64,000 bases of DNA from Nitrosopumilus sp. (GTDB taxonomy: Archaea > Thermoproteota > Nitrososphaeria > Nitrososphaerales > Nitrosopumilaceae). Positions 1 through 8,135 of the stretch are shown one piece after another. Under the pieces are notes generated by a model that saw only the letters and a list, made by a program, of their open reading frames with translations, had not been told where the DNA came from and made no database searches. A program made the position numbers and the translations under genes. Positions within the stretch are counted from its first letter, which is position 1, and every line of letters starts with the position of its first letter. The stretch covers positions 480,001-544,000 of the forward strand of contig CBDBGZ010000009.1 in assembly GCA_965205425.1 (NCBI GenBank). Direction: 5' to 3'.

Positions 1-1
1 T

Positions 2-136
2 ACTATCATCTACATTTGTGGTTATCAGGGAACAATTGATGGAGTAATTGAATACCTAGGATCAAAAGGATTTGTAACTGAACATGAGAAAAAACCTGAT
101 GGAAGTTTTGGCATCAAGTTTGAATCATACGGATAG
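2..136 (+). CDS. 3' fragment of a ferredoxin/flavodoxin-NADP+ reductase-like FAD/NAD(P)-binding oxidoreductase (partial, runs off window start)
   Basis: Manual translation TIIYICGYQGTIDGVIEYLGSKGFVTEHEKKPDGSFGIKFESYG*. The YxCG motif and terminal xFExY are typical of FNR-family C-termini. Confidence 0.65.
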   Translation, partial: TIIYICGYQGTIDGVIEYLGSKGFVTEHEKKPDGSFGIKFESYG

Positions 137-248
137 AATATTTTAAAAAATTATTAGTTAATTTTCATTTCTGGGAATTATTAAAATCAGTTATCTCCAA
201 TAGTTTCATACCTGTGGATTTTTATATTGATTATTTTTTCACCAAAGT

Positions 249-416
249 ATGGCAAAACTCAAGTGTAATGATTATGGGTTTGAGTGTGATTTCATAGTTG
301 ATGGGGAAATGGAGTCAGTTATTAAAGAATTTAGAAAACATACCGATGAAGAACATGGAATAGATTATTCCAAAGAAGCCGTTATGCAATTTCTCTTAAG
401 AAAACAAGGATTATAG
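249..416 (+). CDS. Small metal-binding protein, DUF1059-like (55 aa; below ORF-track cutoff)
   Basis: Manual translation MAKLKCNDYGFECDFIVDGEMESVIKEFRKHTDEEHG... shows the C-x-D-x-G-x-x-C...H-x4-H pattern. An upstream TTTTATA box is present. Confidence 0.75.
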   Translation: MAKLKCNDYGFECDFIVDGEMESVIKEFRKHTDEEHGIDYSKEAVMQFLLRKQGL

Positions 417-421
417 TAAAA

Positions 422-1498
422 TTAAGCATCTAGTCTTTTCATTCTAGCAGACAAAACTGGAAGTTCCTTTTCAATAATTTTCTCTACTGCTGGAACAATT
501 CCTACTCTAGCTTTTACACTTTCTTCATAAAGTTCTGCAATCTGATCTCTGAACAATAATTTTATTCCAGGAAGTGCAGTGATTCCTTCATCAACAGTTC
601 TAGGATCGGATAAATCTAGAACTAGAGTACCTTTCTTCTTTTCTTCCATAATTAATCTAATTCTTTCAAATGTGATTAAGAAATAATCTGAAGTTGTTGC
701 AACAAAAATAATATCATATTTATCAAATCCTGCTAAAACATCATTGAAATCCACAGGAGTTCCTCCAAGAATTGTTGTAAAGCCAGTAGCACGTTCTAAA
801 CTTCTACTAGTGACATCAAATGCAACATCTTTTTTGTTTAGTGTTTTTGCAAGCATTGCTGCAGGCTCACCAGTTCCTATAACAAGTACTTTTTTCTTTG
901 AATCAAGACCTGCTTTTTCATCAACCAGTTTAACTGCGATATCACCTAATGAAATTACATCTTTAGCTATTCCAGTAGTATCTCTCATTCGAATAGCTAA
1001 TCGTATTACACTATCAAATAATTTGTTGAGAATATTTCCAGAAACACCAGCATCTTTTGCATTTGCTAATGACTGAACTATTTCATCAAAGATTTCTTGT
1101 TTTCCAACAACTACAGAATCTAATCCAGATGCCAATCGTAAAAGATGCAAATAAACATCATCACCTTTGTAGACTTCAAGAGTTTGGTCAAAATGGTCTA
1201 TGTCAATTTGTTCTAATGATGACAACGATACCCAAGTATCTTTAATTTGGTTTAACACAAGTGTTTTACCTTCTGCTCTTCTTGCATCAGGAGAATCATC
1301 AGTTTCAACATTGCTTACTGTAAATATTTCAACTCTACTTGCAGTTTGAATAATCATACATTCATCTACACCAGGAATTTTTTTAAATTCTGCACATGCA
1401 GCACCGATATCTTTGAAAGTGAATTTAGACAATGTATGTAATGGTACATTCTTGAATGTGACTCTTGCATTCAATACATCAAATCTAATTTCACCCAA
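422..1498 (-). CDS. Glutamyl-tRNA reductase (HemA)-like paralogue, probably catalytically inactive
   Basis: HLLRLASGLDSVVVG, a Rossmann GTGE motif and DLSDPR are HemA hallmarks. The catalytic TCNR reads TASR and the C-terminal dimerisation domain appears to be missing (358 aa). Confidence 0.85.
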   Translation of the reverse strand: MGEIRFDVLNARVTFKNVPLHTLSKFTFKDIGAACAEFKKIPGVDECMIIQTASRVEIFTVSNVETDDSPDARRAEGKTLVLNQIKDTWVSLSSLEQIDIDHFDQTLEVYKGDDVYLHLLRLASGLDSVVVGKQEIFDEIVQSLANAKDAGVSGNILNKLFDSVIRLAIRMRDTTGIAKDVISLGDIAVKLVDEKAGLDSKKKVLVIGTGEPAAMLAKTLNKKDVAFDVTSRSLERATGFTTILGGTPVDFNDVLAGFDKYDIIFVATTSDYFLITFERIRLIMEEKKKGTLVLDLSDPRTVDEGITALPGIKLLFRDQIAELYEESVKARVGIVPAVEKIIEKELPVLSARMKRLDA

Positions 1499-1509
1499 TC
1501 ATATCACCA

Positions 1510-2232
1510 TTAAGCATTAATTTTGTCACGTCCACCCTTTGCAGTACGGAATACATTCATTCCAATATAGAAATTTTCATGTAATGATTCTAAGTAAATA
1601 ATTTCACGTTCTGTTTCTTTAATTTCTTTTTCAGTTGCATCAGGATTATTTTTTAATTGTTCAAGTTTCTGTTTTGTTTCTTCTAAGAATGAATCAACAC
1701 CGCGTTCATAATTTGATACACCAGCAAATTCAGGACTAAGAACATGCTCAGGAACATATACTGGAGTTTGATCTTGTGGGATTTCAGCAATTCTAGTAAG
1801 TGATTCTTGTTCATCTGCGGAAAGAATTGGTCGTGGAAAACGATCTTGTTTATCTAACCAAAATTCAGGCTCACCCATATCTCGTCTGAAAATTTCTTCA
1901 CCTTGTCTCTTAAACGTATGATCTGATTTAGCTGCGGCATCGGCTTTTACTTCAGCTGCAATTGCCTTGTATTCTTCTTCAGCTGCGGCTTCAGCTTCAG
2001 CTTTAGCTGCTTCTGCTTTTGCAATAGCTTCTTTCACTGCAAGTTCTGCATCTTCAACGGCTTTAGCTGCGGCATCTGCTTTTGATGTTGCTTCTTCAGC
2101 TGCTTTTGCTTCTTCAGCTGCTTTTGTTTCTTCAGCTGCTTTTGCAGTTTCATCTGGAGATGGTTTATCAGATGTTGTTTCTTCAGTAGTTTTTGCTTCT
2201 ACTTCAGATTCTTTTTTCTCTTCAGACAACAA
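1510..2232 (-). CDS. Hypothetical protein with an Ala/Glu/Lys-rich low-complexity helical N-half
   Basis: 240-aa ORF with KAAEE repeats and a TTG start. It ends 11 bp before the HemA-like gene, so the two are probably co-transcribed. Confidence 0.75.
   Translation of the reverse strand: MLSEEKKESEVEAKTTEETTSDKPSPDETAKAAEETKAAEEAKAAEEATSKADAAAKAVEDAELAVKEAIAKAEAAKAEAEAAAEEEYKAIAAEVKADAAAKSDHTFKRQGEEIFRRDMGEPEFWLDKQDRFPRPILSADEQESLTRIAEIPQDQTPVYVPEHVLSPEFAGVSNYERGVDSFLEETKQKLEQLKNNPDATEKEIKETEREIIYLESLHENFYIGMNVFRTAKGGRDKINA
2091..2144. repeat. 18-bp tandem repeat x3 encoding (A/T)KAAEE units
   Basis: cttcttcagctgcttttg / cttcttcagctgcttttg / tttcttcagctgcttttg. Confidence 0.9.
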
Positions 2233-2363
2233 ATTTTACTAAAATTCCCTGAATTTTAATATTCTTGTGAGATTCATCTTGATTCAATCCTAATTCAATA
2301 ATATTTTCTGGAAATTTTATTCAGATCGGTTCAAAACTATAATTTTTGATGAAATAGAAATAA

Positions 2364-2441
2364 TGGCGCCCTCGGCGGGATTTGAACACGCGTCTCAGCC
2401 GTGACAGGGCCGAATTCTAGACCGGGCTATACTACAAGGGC
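2364..2441 (-). tRNA. tRNA-Asp (GTC), CCA encoded
   Basis: Reverse complement GCCCTTG...CGGCC-CTGTCAC-GGCTG...TTCAAAT...CGAGGGC-G-CCA folds into a cloverleaf with one T-stem mismatch. Confidence 0.95.
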
Positions 2442-2662
2442 ACAATTTCATTGAGTCAAACTGCCAGATTAAAAGTTTCTGTCACAACATTACATTTTGT
2501 AAAAGACTAAATTATACAGTTAATGTTATGTTTTCGCCATATTTATTTAATAGATTTACGTTGTTTGTTTATTGGGAATTCTCACATACAAAATCATAAG
2601 GACGGATTCTGACATTCCTAAAAGATTTTCAATTATAATGTCTGAATTCGTTATTGGGGATA

Positions 2663-3586
2663 TCATATCTTCTGATTCATTATTTGAAAGACATAAAGAG
2701 ATAGGCCTTGTAGAAACCATGATAAAATAACAAAATCTAATTTTCTAATCCTGTAAGCATTGTATGCAATTAACCTGTACAACATCTCATTGTCCTGAGT
2801 TGTAACATTTCTTGATGTGACATCTCCTGACATTATCTGTTTGATCACAAAAAAGATTGTTTCGGATTTGTTTCTCTGATGGTACAATTGTACAGGAAAG
2901 TTCCTCTTCATCTCCTTTCTATGAATTCCACTGGTTCTGTAAATTGGAACTGTTCCATATCGAGTTGGAATTATTGCAGCTGTGTTGATCTGTTCTGCAC
3001 CAACATGGTTATTCTCATCATCAAAACCCATGTCACCTAACACAATATCAACTGGAACAATATTGTTGGTTTTGTACAACAATGGCAGAAAATCAGGATT
3101 ATCATGTTGCATGTTGTGGTGTGTCATGACACAGCAAACAAGCTGTGTATTCATGTCAGCACAAACAACAACTTTTAGGAAATTCCTGCGTAACTGTACT
3201 CTTTTTGTATAATAGTATGATGCTGTACTGTAACTGAATCCGCTACCATCAATTCCAGCTAGAACCAGTCTGACTTTTTTGTACAAAATGAATTCCTGCA
3301 ACATTTTATGTAACAGATTTCCTTCCAGTCTTGCAGCTGCCTTTTGTAGTGTGGTGTAATGTGGAATGGTATACAAACCAAGATATTCCTGAATTCCTAC
3401 ACATTCTTCTAAAAATTCTGTAAATCTTCTATAACTCTTTGATTCGTACTGTCGTATTGTCAAGAGTATGAGATGTGTCCAAACAGAATAGATATGATTT
3501 GATTTTGGATGTAAGAACCTAGGAATTCTGCATCTGATGATTATATTGAGTAGTGTTTTGCACATTTTGACGTATGATGAGACCAT
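2663..3586 (-). CDS. IS5/IS4-superfamily DDE transposase (DDE_Tnp_1-like)
   Basis: Motifs PHYTTL, IDGSG, GDMGFD and the YREK-type signature Y-x2-R-x3-E-x6-K (YHQRNKSETIFFVIK). Confidence 0.9.
   Translation of the reverse strand: MVSSYVKMCKTLLNIIIRCRIPRFLHPKSNHIYSVWTHLILLTIRQYESKSYRRFTEFLEECVGIQEYLGLYTIPHYTTLQKAAARLEGNLLHKMLQEFILYKKVRLVLAGIDGSGFSYSTASYYYTKRVQLRRNFLKVVVCADMNTQLVCCVMTHHNMQHDNPDFLPLLYKTNNIVPVDIVLGDMGFDDENNHVGAEQINTAAIIPTRYGTVPIYRTSGIHRKEMKRNFPVQLYHQRNKSETIFFVIKQIMSGDVTSRNVTTQDNEMLYRLIAYNAYRIRKLDFVILSWFLQGLSLYVFQIMNQKI
2704..3584 (-). mobile_element. IS5-family-like insertion sequence (~880 bp)
   Basis: Contains a DDE transposase. One end is GGCCTTGTAGAAA at 2704. The termini are GG...CC, flanked by ATA (2701-2703 and 3585-3587). 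The second inverted repeat is weak, so the upper boundary is uncertain (alternative near 3685). Confidence 0.65.
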
Positions 3587-3738
3587 ACTGTAATCTGCAA
3601 ATACAATCCTAATGGATCTAAATTAGCTAAAATGTATCCATGTGAATTGTTTTTATACATTTCTTCTCTTTTCATACATCAGGGCATGGCTTTCGCTAGA
3701 GAATGGTTTCAATCAAAAGATGCGGACATGTATCCATA

Positions 3739-4932
3739 CGAGACTATTCTCTCAATGCTATCTTCATCCTAGTTAGGATTGTTCGCAGTTATCAGACGAG
3801 GCCTTGTCCCTCAAAAACTCTAACGCGACTTGCAGTCCTAACTATAATTTTGCACAAATTCTCTCCTCTCCTTTAGCATCCAATATATGACACGCAATAA
3901 CTTTGATGCACCAGCTACTGCAGCTTTGGATGATCCTCTTTTCTTTTTAATGCGATTGTAAAATTTTGTAATGTCGCTATCTGGTGCGTATCTAACATGT
4001 GCATGAATTGCCTCCACTAGCAACCATCTTAGCATGGTGCTTCCTCTCTTTGTAATTCTTCCGTGATGTATTGTATCTGCAGAATTTCTCACCGATGGAA
4101 CAATCCCTGCATATGCACATAACTTGCGAGAATTTGAAAATCTACTAATCTCTGCAATTTCTGAGAATATGCTCAATGCAGTGTATGGTCCAACTCCAGA
4201 TATTGATGTCAAAATACACACGTCAGGATTATCATTTACCATGCGACGTATCATGGAATCTATTTTTGCAACCTCCTTTTTGTGAAATTTTATGCTTTGT
4301 AGGTACGAATCTATTCTATAACTCTCCAATTTTCCAAGTGCACGTATGTGTTCTGAGGAAAATGGTGTTGCTTTGATATGGATTCCCTCCTGTAGTGTAA
4401 TACCATGTATGGAATTCTTCATCTTTACAATGATGCGCACAATCTTGTGTCGATGTCTTACAAGCTGTCTGTATTGCACAATTGTGTGATCTGGCACGAA
4501 TGATTCTGCAATGTATCCTCCTCGTAGCAAATTTGCAAGATGGTACGCATCAATTTTATCAGTCTTTTTGAGTGATGATGCTATTATCTTTGTGTTGTAT
4601 GGATTAGATAGTATAACATCAAGATGTAATTTGTCTGTCATGTGTCTGTACAATCCATACCAGACAGATGATGACTCTAAAACATATTTTGCGTTCTTTG
4701 GAATTTTGGATGTAATTTTGCTAATAGCAGAAAAATCACTGGAAATCTTTTTGTTAAATAATAATTTGCCAATCTCATCTACTGCTGCCACCTGTACAGA
4801 GTTCTTGTGAACATCCAATCCTACAAACATCAAATATTTTTTTTCAGGAAGGGTAGTGTGTTTGTTTGCATTTCTTACTTTCTTGATACGAATGCAAGTA
4901 CCATCTAATTTCCTAGCTGATTTTGGCACATA
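3739..4932 (-). mobile_element. IS110-family element (~1194 bp) bounded by a CATA core repeat
   Basis: CATA occurs at 3735-3738 and 4929-4932. No terminal inverted repeats. Excision restores the host reading frame. Confidence 0.75.
3838..4830 (-). CDS. IS110-family DEDD recombinase/transposase
   Basis: RuvC-like DEDD residues in GLDVHK, VLESS and KTDKIDA. Tnp-domain motifs SISGVGP, AYAGIVPSVRNSAD (catalytic Ser) and GRITKRG. The likely start is ATG at 4830 (MFVGLD), not the track's GTG at 4929. Confidence 0.93.
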   Translation of the reverse strand: MFVGLDVHKNSVQVAAVDEIGKLLFNKKISSDFSAISKITSKIPKNAKYVLESSSVWYGLYRHMTDKLHLDVILSNPYNTKIIASSLKKTDKIDAYHLANLLRGGYIAESFVPDHTIVQYRQLVRHRHKIVRIIVKMKNSIHGITLQEGIHIKATPFSSEHIRALGKLESYRIDSYLQSIKFHKKEVAKIDSMIRRMVNDNPDVCILTSISGVGPYTALSIFSEIAEISRFSNSRKLCAYAGIVPSVRNSADTIHHGRITKRGSTMLRWLLVEAIHAHVRYAPDSDITKFYNRIKKKRGSSKAAVAGASKLLRVIYWMLKERREFVQNYS

Positions 4933-5183
4933 TGGTTATGGTTATAGTTATCTTTATGTTGTAGGATGTGATGACATTGATTTTTCAAATCCAGATTCAA
5001 CGATTTGGATTTTTGAAATGAGTCAATGGAAAGCCGGTGCCATACCAAAAAACACTACGGACATTTATGGAGACAATACAGGTAAACAAAATAAATTTAT
5101 TGTTTATCGTGAATATATGGAAGAAATTAGTGTTGAAAAATTAAGAGATTTGGTTGATTCTCACTGGAAAGAGTTTGAATGAG

Positions 5184-5879
5184 TCAAGAAGTAAAAGAAA
5201 AAGAGGCAGATTTTGTTTCTTTTCCATTATCTACTTTGATTGTATAAGTACCAGAATTTTCCCAGCCTGAACCTCCTGCAATTGCTAATGTTGCGAATTG
5301 TCCATCACTTTTCAATGAAGTTTGTTCTGCCCAAACAAGTTCTCCTTGTTGATTTTCTATTGAAAGATTAACTGTTCCAGTTGTATCAGATATTCCACTA
5401 ATAGATATTAGATCTTTGTTGTTGTACGATGATAAATCAGTTTGAATAGATAGTGAAACTGGAGTTGTATTAATTGGAGTATCAGTTACAGTATCACTAT
5501 TAATAATTCCACTAAAAGATATGGCAGCTGCAATTATTATTAATGCTAAACCACCAATTCCCAACATAATTTTTTTATTTTTTGATTGTGAATAAGTTAC
5601 TCTAGATGTTTCGGTTTGAAATGATTGTGTTTGTTGAATAGGTTGAATTTCAGGCATTATTACATCAGGGATTGATGGTTTTTCTTCAAGAGTAGATGAA
5701 GGAGTAAATTCAGGTTTTTTCCCAAGATGTTTTTCAGCTAATTTTTCAACATAATTTCGTTCATAGTTACTAATTACTTCATTATTTTCACATGCTCTAC
5801 AAATTTGTTTTAGAATTCGATCGTCTCCAAAATCCTTATCCAAAAGTGCCTTTACATCATCCAATAATGGATTTGTCAT
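5184..5879 (-). CDS. Hypothetical single-pass membrane protein with a C-terminal beta-sandwich-like domain
   Basis: Hydrophobic segment IMLGIGGLALIIIAAAISF and a C-terminal GTYTIKV motif typical of Ig-like folds. Confidence 0.75.
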   Translation of the reverse strand: MTNPLLDDVKALLDKDFGDDRILKQICRACENNEVISNYERNYVEKLAEKHLGKKPEFTPSSTLEEKPSIPDVIMPEIQPIQQTQSFQTETSRVTYSQSKNKKIMLGIGGLALIIIAAAISFSGIINSDTVTDTPINTTPVSLSIQTDLSSYNNKDLISISGISDTTGTVNLSIENQQGELVWAEQTSLKSDGQFATLAIAGGSGWENSGTYTIKVDNGKETKSASFSFTS

Positions 5880-5925
5880 GTGTATTTTCTCTCAAATTGA
5901 TTATTTATGAATATATGTCAGAAAG

Positions 5926-6102
5926 CTATTTTGAGTAGATTTTTTGGGCTTGGATAATAACTGTTCGGATATAGTCCTTGGCCGTTGAATCAGTTACACC
6001 CATTTGTTTTGCTCTTAGATATAGATCATTTTCTTTTGGATTTGTCAGATAATACTTCAAAAGATAGTTTAGTCTATGAGATCTTTTTTCATCACTTTTC
6101 AT
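5926..6102 (-). CDS. Small hypothetical protein (MKSDEKRSHRLNYLL..., possible HTH-like)
   Basis: The ATG at 6102 is more plausible than the track start at 6192. Basic and helical, 58 aa. Confidence 0.6.
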   Translation of the reverse strand: MKSDEKRSHRLNYLLKYYLTNPKENDLYLRAKQMGVTDSTAKDYIRTVIIQAQKIYSK

Positions 6103-6223
6103 AATTTTATTTTTTTTTAGTGCTAAAAAAGCCAGAGGATTATGACATAACCAACAAAATGGTATAGTATCACAAAATTTGGATAAAAACATATGATCTT
6201 TTTTAAATAATACGAAAAAATGA

Positions 6224-6571
6224 ATGCAAATGAAACGAATTGAGGCAACTGTTCAAGCAACCAAAATTGGTGCAGTCACTGAAGCAATCAGTGAGCTTGT
6301 AGGTGGATTCACCATTCTGGAAGGGAAAGGCAGAGGTTCCGGAGCTAGACAAGAAATGAGATCTGGTAGAGGAACTGGCACTATTACTGCAGAATACAAT
6401 GAAGTTGCAACCGTAAGTACAATTGTAGATGACTCAGAAGTAGAAAAAATTTCCACAGCAATTGCTGATGCAGCTTTTACAGGAAAAGGTGGAGATGGAA
6501 TTGTTATTGTATCCAGCGTGGATAGTGTTCTGAATATAGCATCTAAAAAGAGTGGTTCTGAAGCCCTCTAA
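6224..6571 (+). CDS. glnB: P-II family nitrogen regulatory protein
   Basis: MKRIEATVQ start, GFTILEGKGRG, and the B-loop TGKGGDGIVIVS. Confidence 0.9.
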   Translation: MQMKRIEATVQATKIGAVTEAISELVGGFTILEGKGRGSGARQEMRSGRGTGTITAEYNEVATVSTIVDDSEVEKISTAIADAAFTGKGGDGIVIVSSVDSVLNIASKKSGSEAL

Positions 6572-6733
6572 TCATTTTCTTTTATCAAAAATACACCACA
6601 TCATCGATTGAAAATTTAGTTGCTGAGAGGGTGGTGAATAAACCTCTCAGGTCGGTATCCTTTTGGAGGACATATTTTTTGAAGGGATGGCATAGCATTA
6701 CAATTTGAGTATAAAAGCAAAGGACTTTGAAGA

Positions 6734-6973
6734 TTATTGTTGGCCTTCAATTCCCATTAGGGTTAGTGTTGATCTTATTTTTGGAATTTTCCGAATCTTC
6801 CAAGTTATTGTCTCACGTAGTGCTTCGACTTGACTTGATTCAACTTTAGCCAAAATATCATATGCACCAAAGGTACCATGTACTTCAACAACACCTTCAA
6901 TTGATTTTAGTTCTGAGATAACTGCTTCTTCAGAACCTAGTTCGCAGTTTATGAGGACATAAGCTGTTGCCAT
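6734..6973 (-). CDS. Stand-alone Lrp/AsnC ligand-binding (RAM) domain protein
   Basis: AYVLINCELG, VHGTFGAYDILAKVE, IRKIPKIRSTLTL. Confidence 0.9.
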   Translation of the reverse strand: MATAYVLINCELGSEEAVISELKSIEGVVEVHGTFGAYDILAKVESSQVEALRETITWKIRKIPKIRSTLTLMGIEGQQ

Positions 6974-7112
6974 TATGATTCAATTCCTATTTTCATACTT
7001 AAAATGCTCTATTGAAATATATAAGAATAGTCCAATTTACTTAAAAATTCAACATAAAATTTGATGGTATCATAAACAAATGTTAAATGATTTAAGATTT
7101 TTTGAAAAATTT

Positions 7113-8075
7113 CTAAGATGAGATGTATGTATCATTCATGATTTTTTCTAATTCTTCAATATTTTTTGAAATAGTAATTTTTGAACGAAGTTTTGAACCA
7201 CCTTTCATACCTTTAGTAAATCTCATAGCTTGACCTTTGATATTTGCAAATTTGATTTTGTATTTAGATGTGATATGTAAATAATCAAAAAATGAATCTA
7301 ATCTATCTTTAAAAGAATATTCTTTGTAAGAATTTGTTTTCAAATAGTCATTAATTTGTTCAAACAAAAATGGATTTCCCATAGCTCCTCTACCCACCAT
7401 TACATAATCACAATTAGTATTGTCAATCATAGTTTTAGCATCTTCAGGAGTAGTAATATCACCATTTCCAACAATTGGAACACTAGAAATTTCTTTCAAT
7501 TCTTTAATCAAATCCCAATCAGCAGTTCCAGAATAACCTTGACTGACAGTTCTAGGATGAAAAGTAATCATTTGAATTCCTTCATCTTCTGCAATTTCAG
7601 CAATATCTCTAAAAAGAAATTTACTTGCATCAGTAACTCCTGAACGAATTTTTAGAGTTACTGGTTTTTTTACAGCATTAACAAGAGTATTGAAAATTTG
7701 TTGGGTCAGATTAACTTCCTGCAAGAGTGCACCTCCAGCCATTTGTTGAGTGATATGAGGTGCAGGACAACCCATGTTATAATCAATAATATCAAAAAAA
7801 GGCTCAACAATTTTTGCTGCTTTTTCTAAAGCAACAAGATCAGAACCAAATAATTGAATTGATAGAGGTCGTTCTTCATCAGAGAATTCTATGAACTCTT
7901 GGATTGTTTGCATTTTTTCTTTTAATTGATTTTCCTTGGCAATAATACTGTGAATGTTTGTAAATTCAGTAACAACTAATCCTGCCCCCATTTTTTTACA
8001 TTGTAAACGAAGTGCAGGATCACTTACACCTGCCATAGGAGCTAAGAATGCTTTACTAGAGAATTTAGGAAGCAT
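7113..8075 (-). CDS. dus: tRNA-dihydrouridine synthase
   Basis: LAPMAGVSD, IDYNMGCP, HPRT, GNGDI, VMVGRGAMGNP. Confidence 0.93.
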   Translation of the reverse strand: MLPKFSSKAFLAPMAGVSDPALRLQCKKMGAGLVVTEFTNIHSIIAKENQLKEKMQTIQEFIEFSDEERPLSIQLFGSDLVALEKAAKIVEPFFDIIDYNMGCPAPHITQQMAGGALLQEVNLTQQIFNTLVNAVKKPVTLKIRSGVTDASKFLFRDIAEIAEDEGIQMITFHPRTVSQGYSGTADWDLIKELKEISSVPIVGNGDITTPEDAKTMIDNTNCDYVMVGRGAMGNPFLFEQINDYLKTNSYKEYSFKDRLDSFFDYLHITSKYKIKFANIKGQAMRFTKGMKGGSKLRSKITISKNIEELEKIMNDTYISS

Positions 8076-8135
8076 GTACCAACTTGGTTATTTGGATATA
8101 TTTACCATGTCAAAAAATTATGTAGAATTAAATTA

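Larger units (their letters stand above)
3632..5182 (+). pseudogene. Hypothetical gene split by the IS110 (segments 3632-3738 and 4933-5182)
   Basis: Removing 3739-4932 joins ...FQSKDADMYP to YGYGYSYLYVVGCDD... in frame. The true start is uncertain because the frame is open from 3581. Confidence 0.6.

Noticed and set aside
2703..3808. 9-bp direct repeat AGGCCTTGT at the IS5 end and in the IS110 downstream end as a composite-element boundary
   Set aside because: It is short, and the second copy lies inside the IS110 as defined by the CATA core. Probably chance.
4831..4929. 33-aa N-terminal extension of the IS110 transposase, and the first part of ORF 4856-5182
   Set aside because: IS110 proteins begin just before the GxD motif and this GTG lies at the element boundary. 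The + strand ORF start is inside the IS, so only 4933-5182 is host sequence.
6140..6150. TTATG-A-CATAA palindrome upstream of glnB as an NrpR operator
   Set aside because: It does not match GGAA-N6-TTCC, and 5-bp AT-rich arms are expected by chance.
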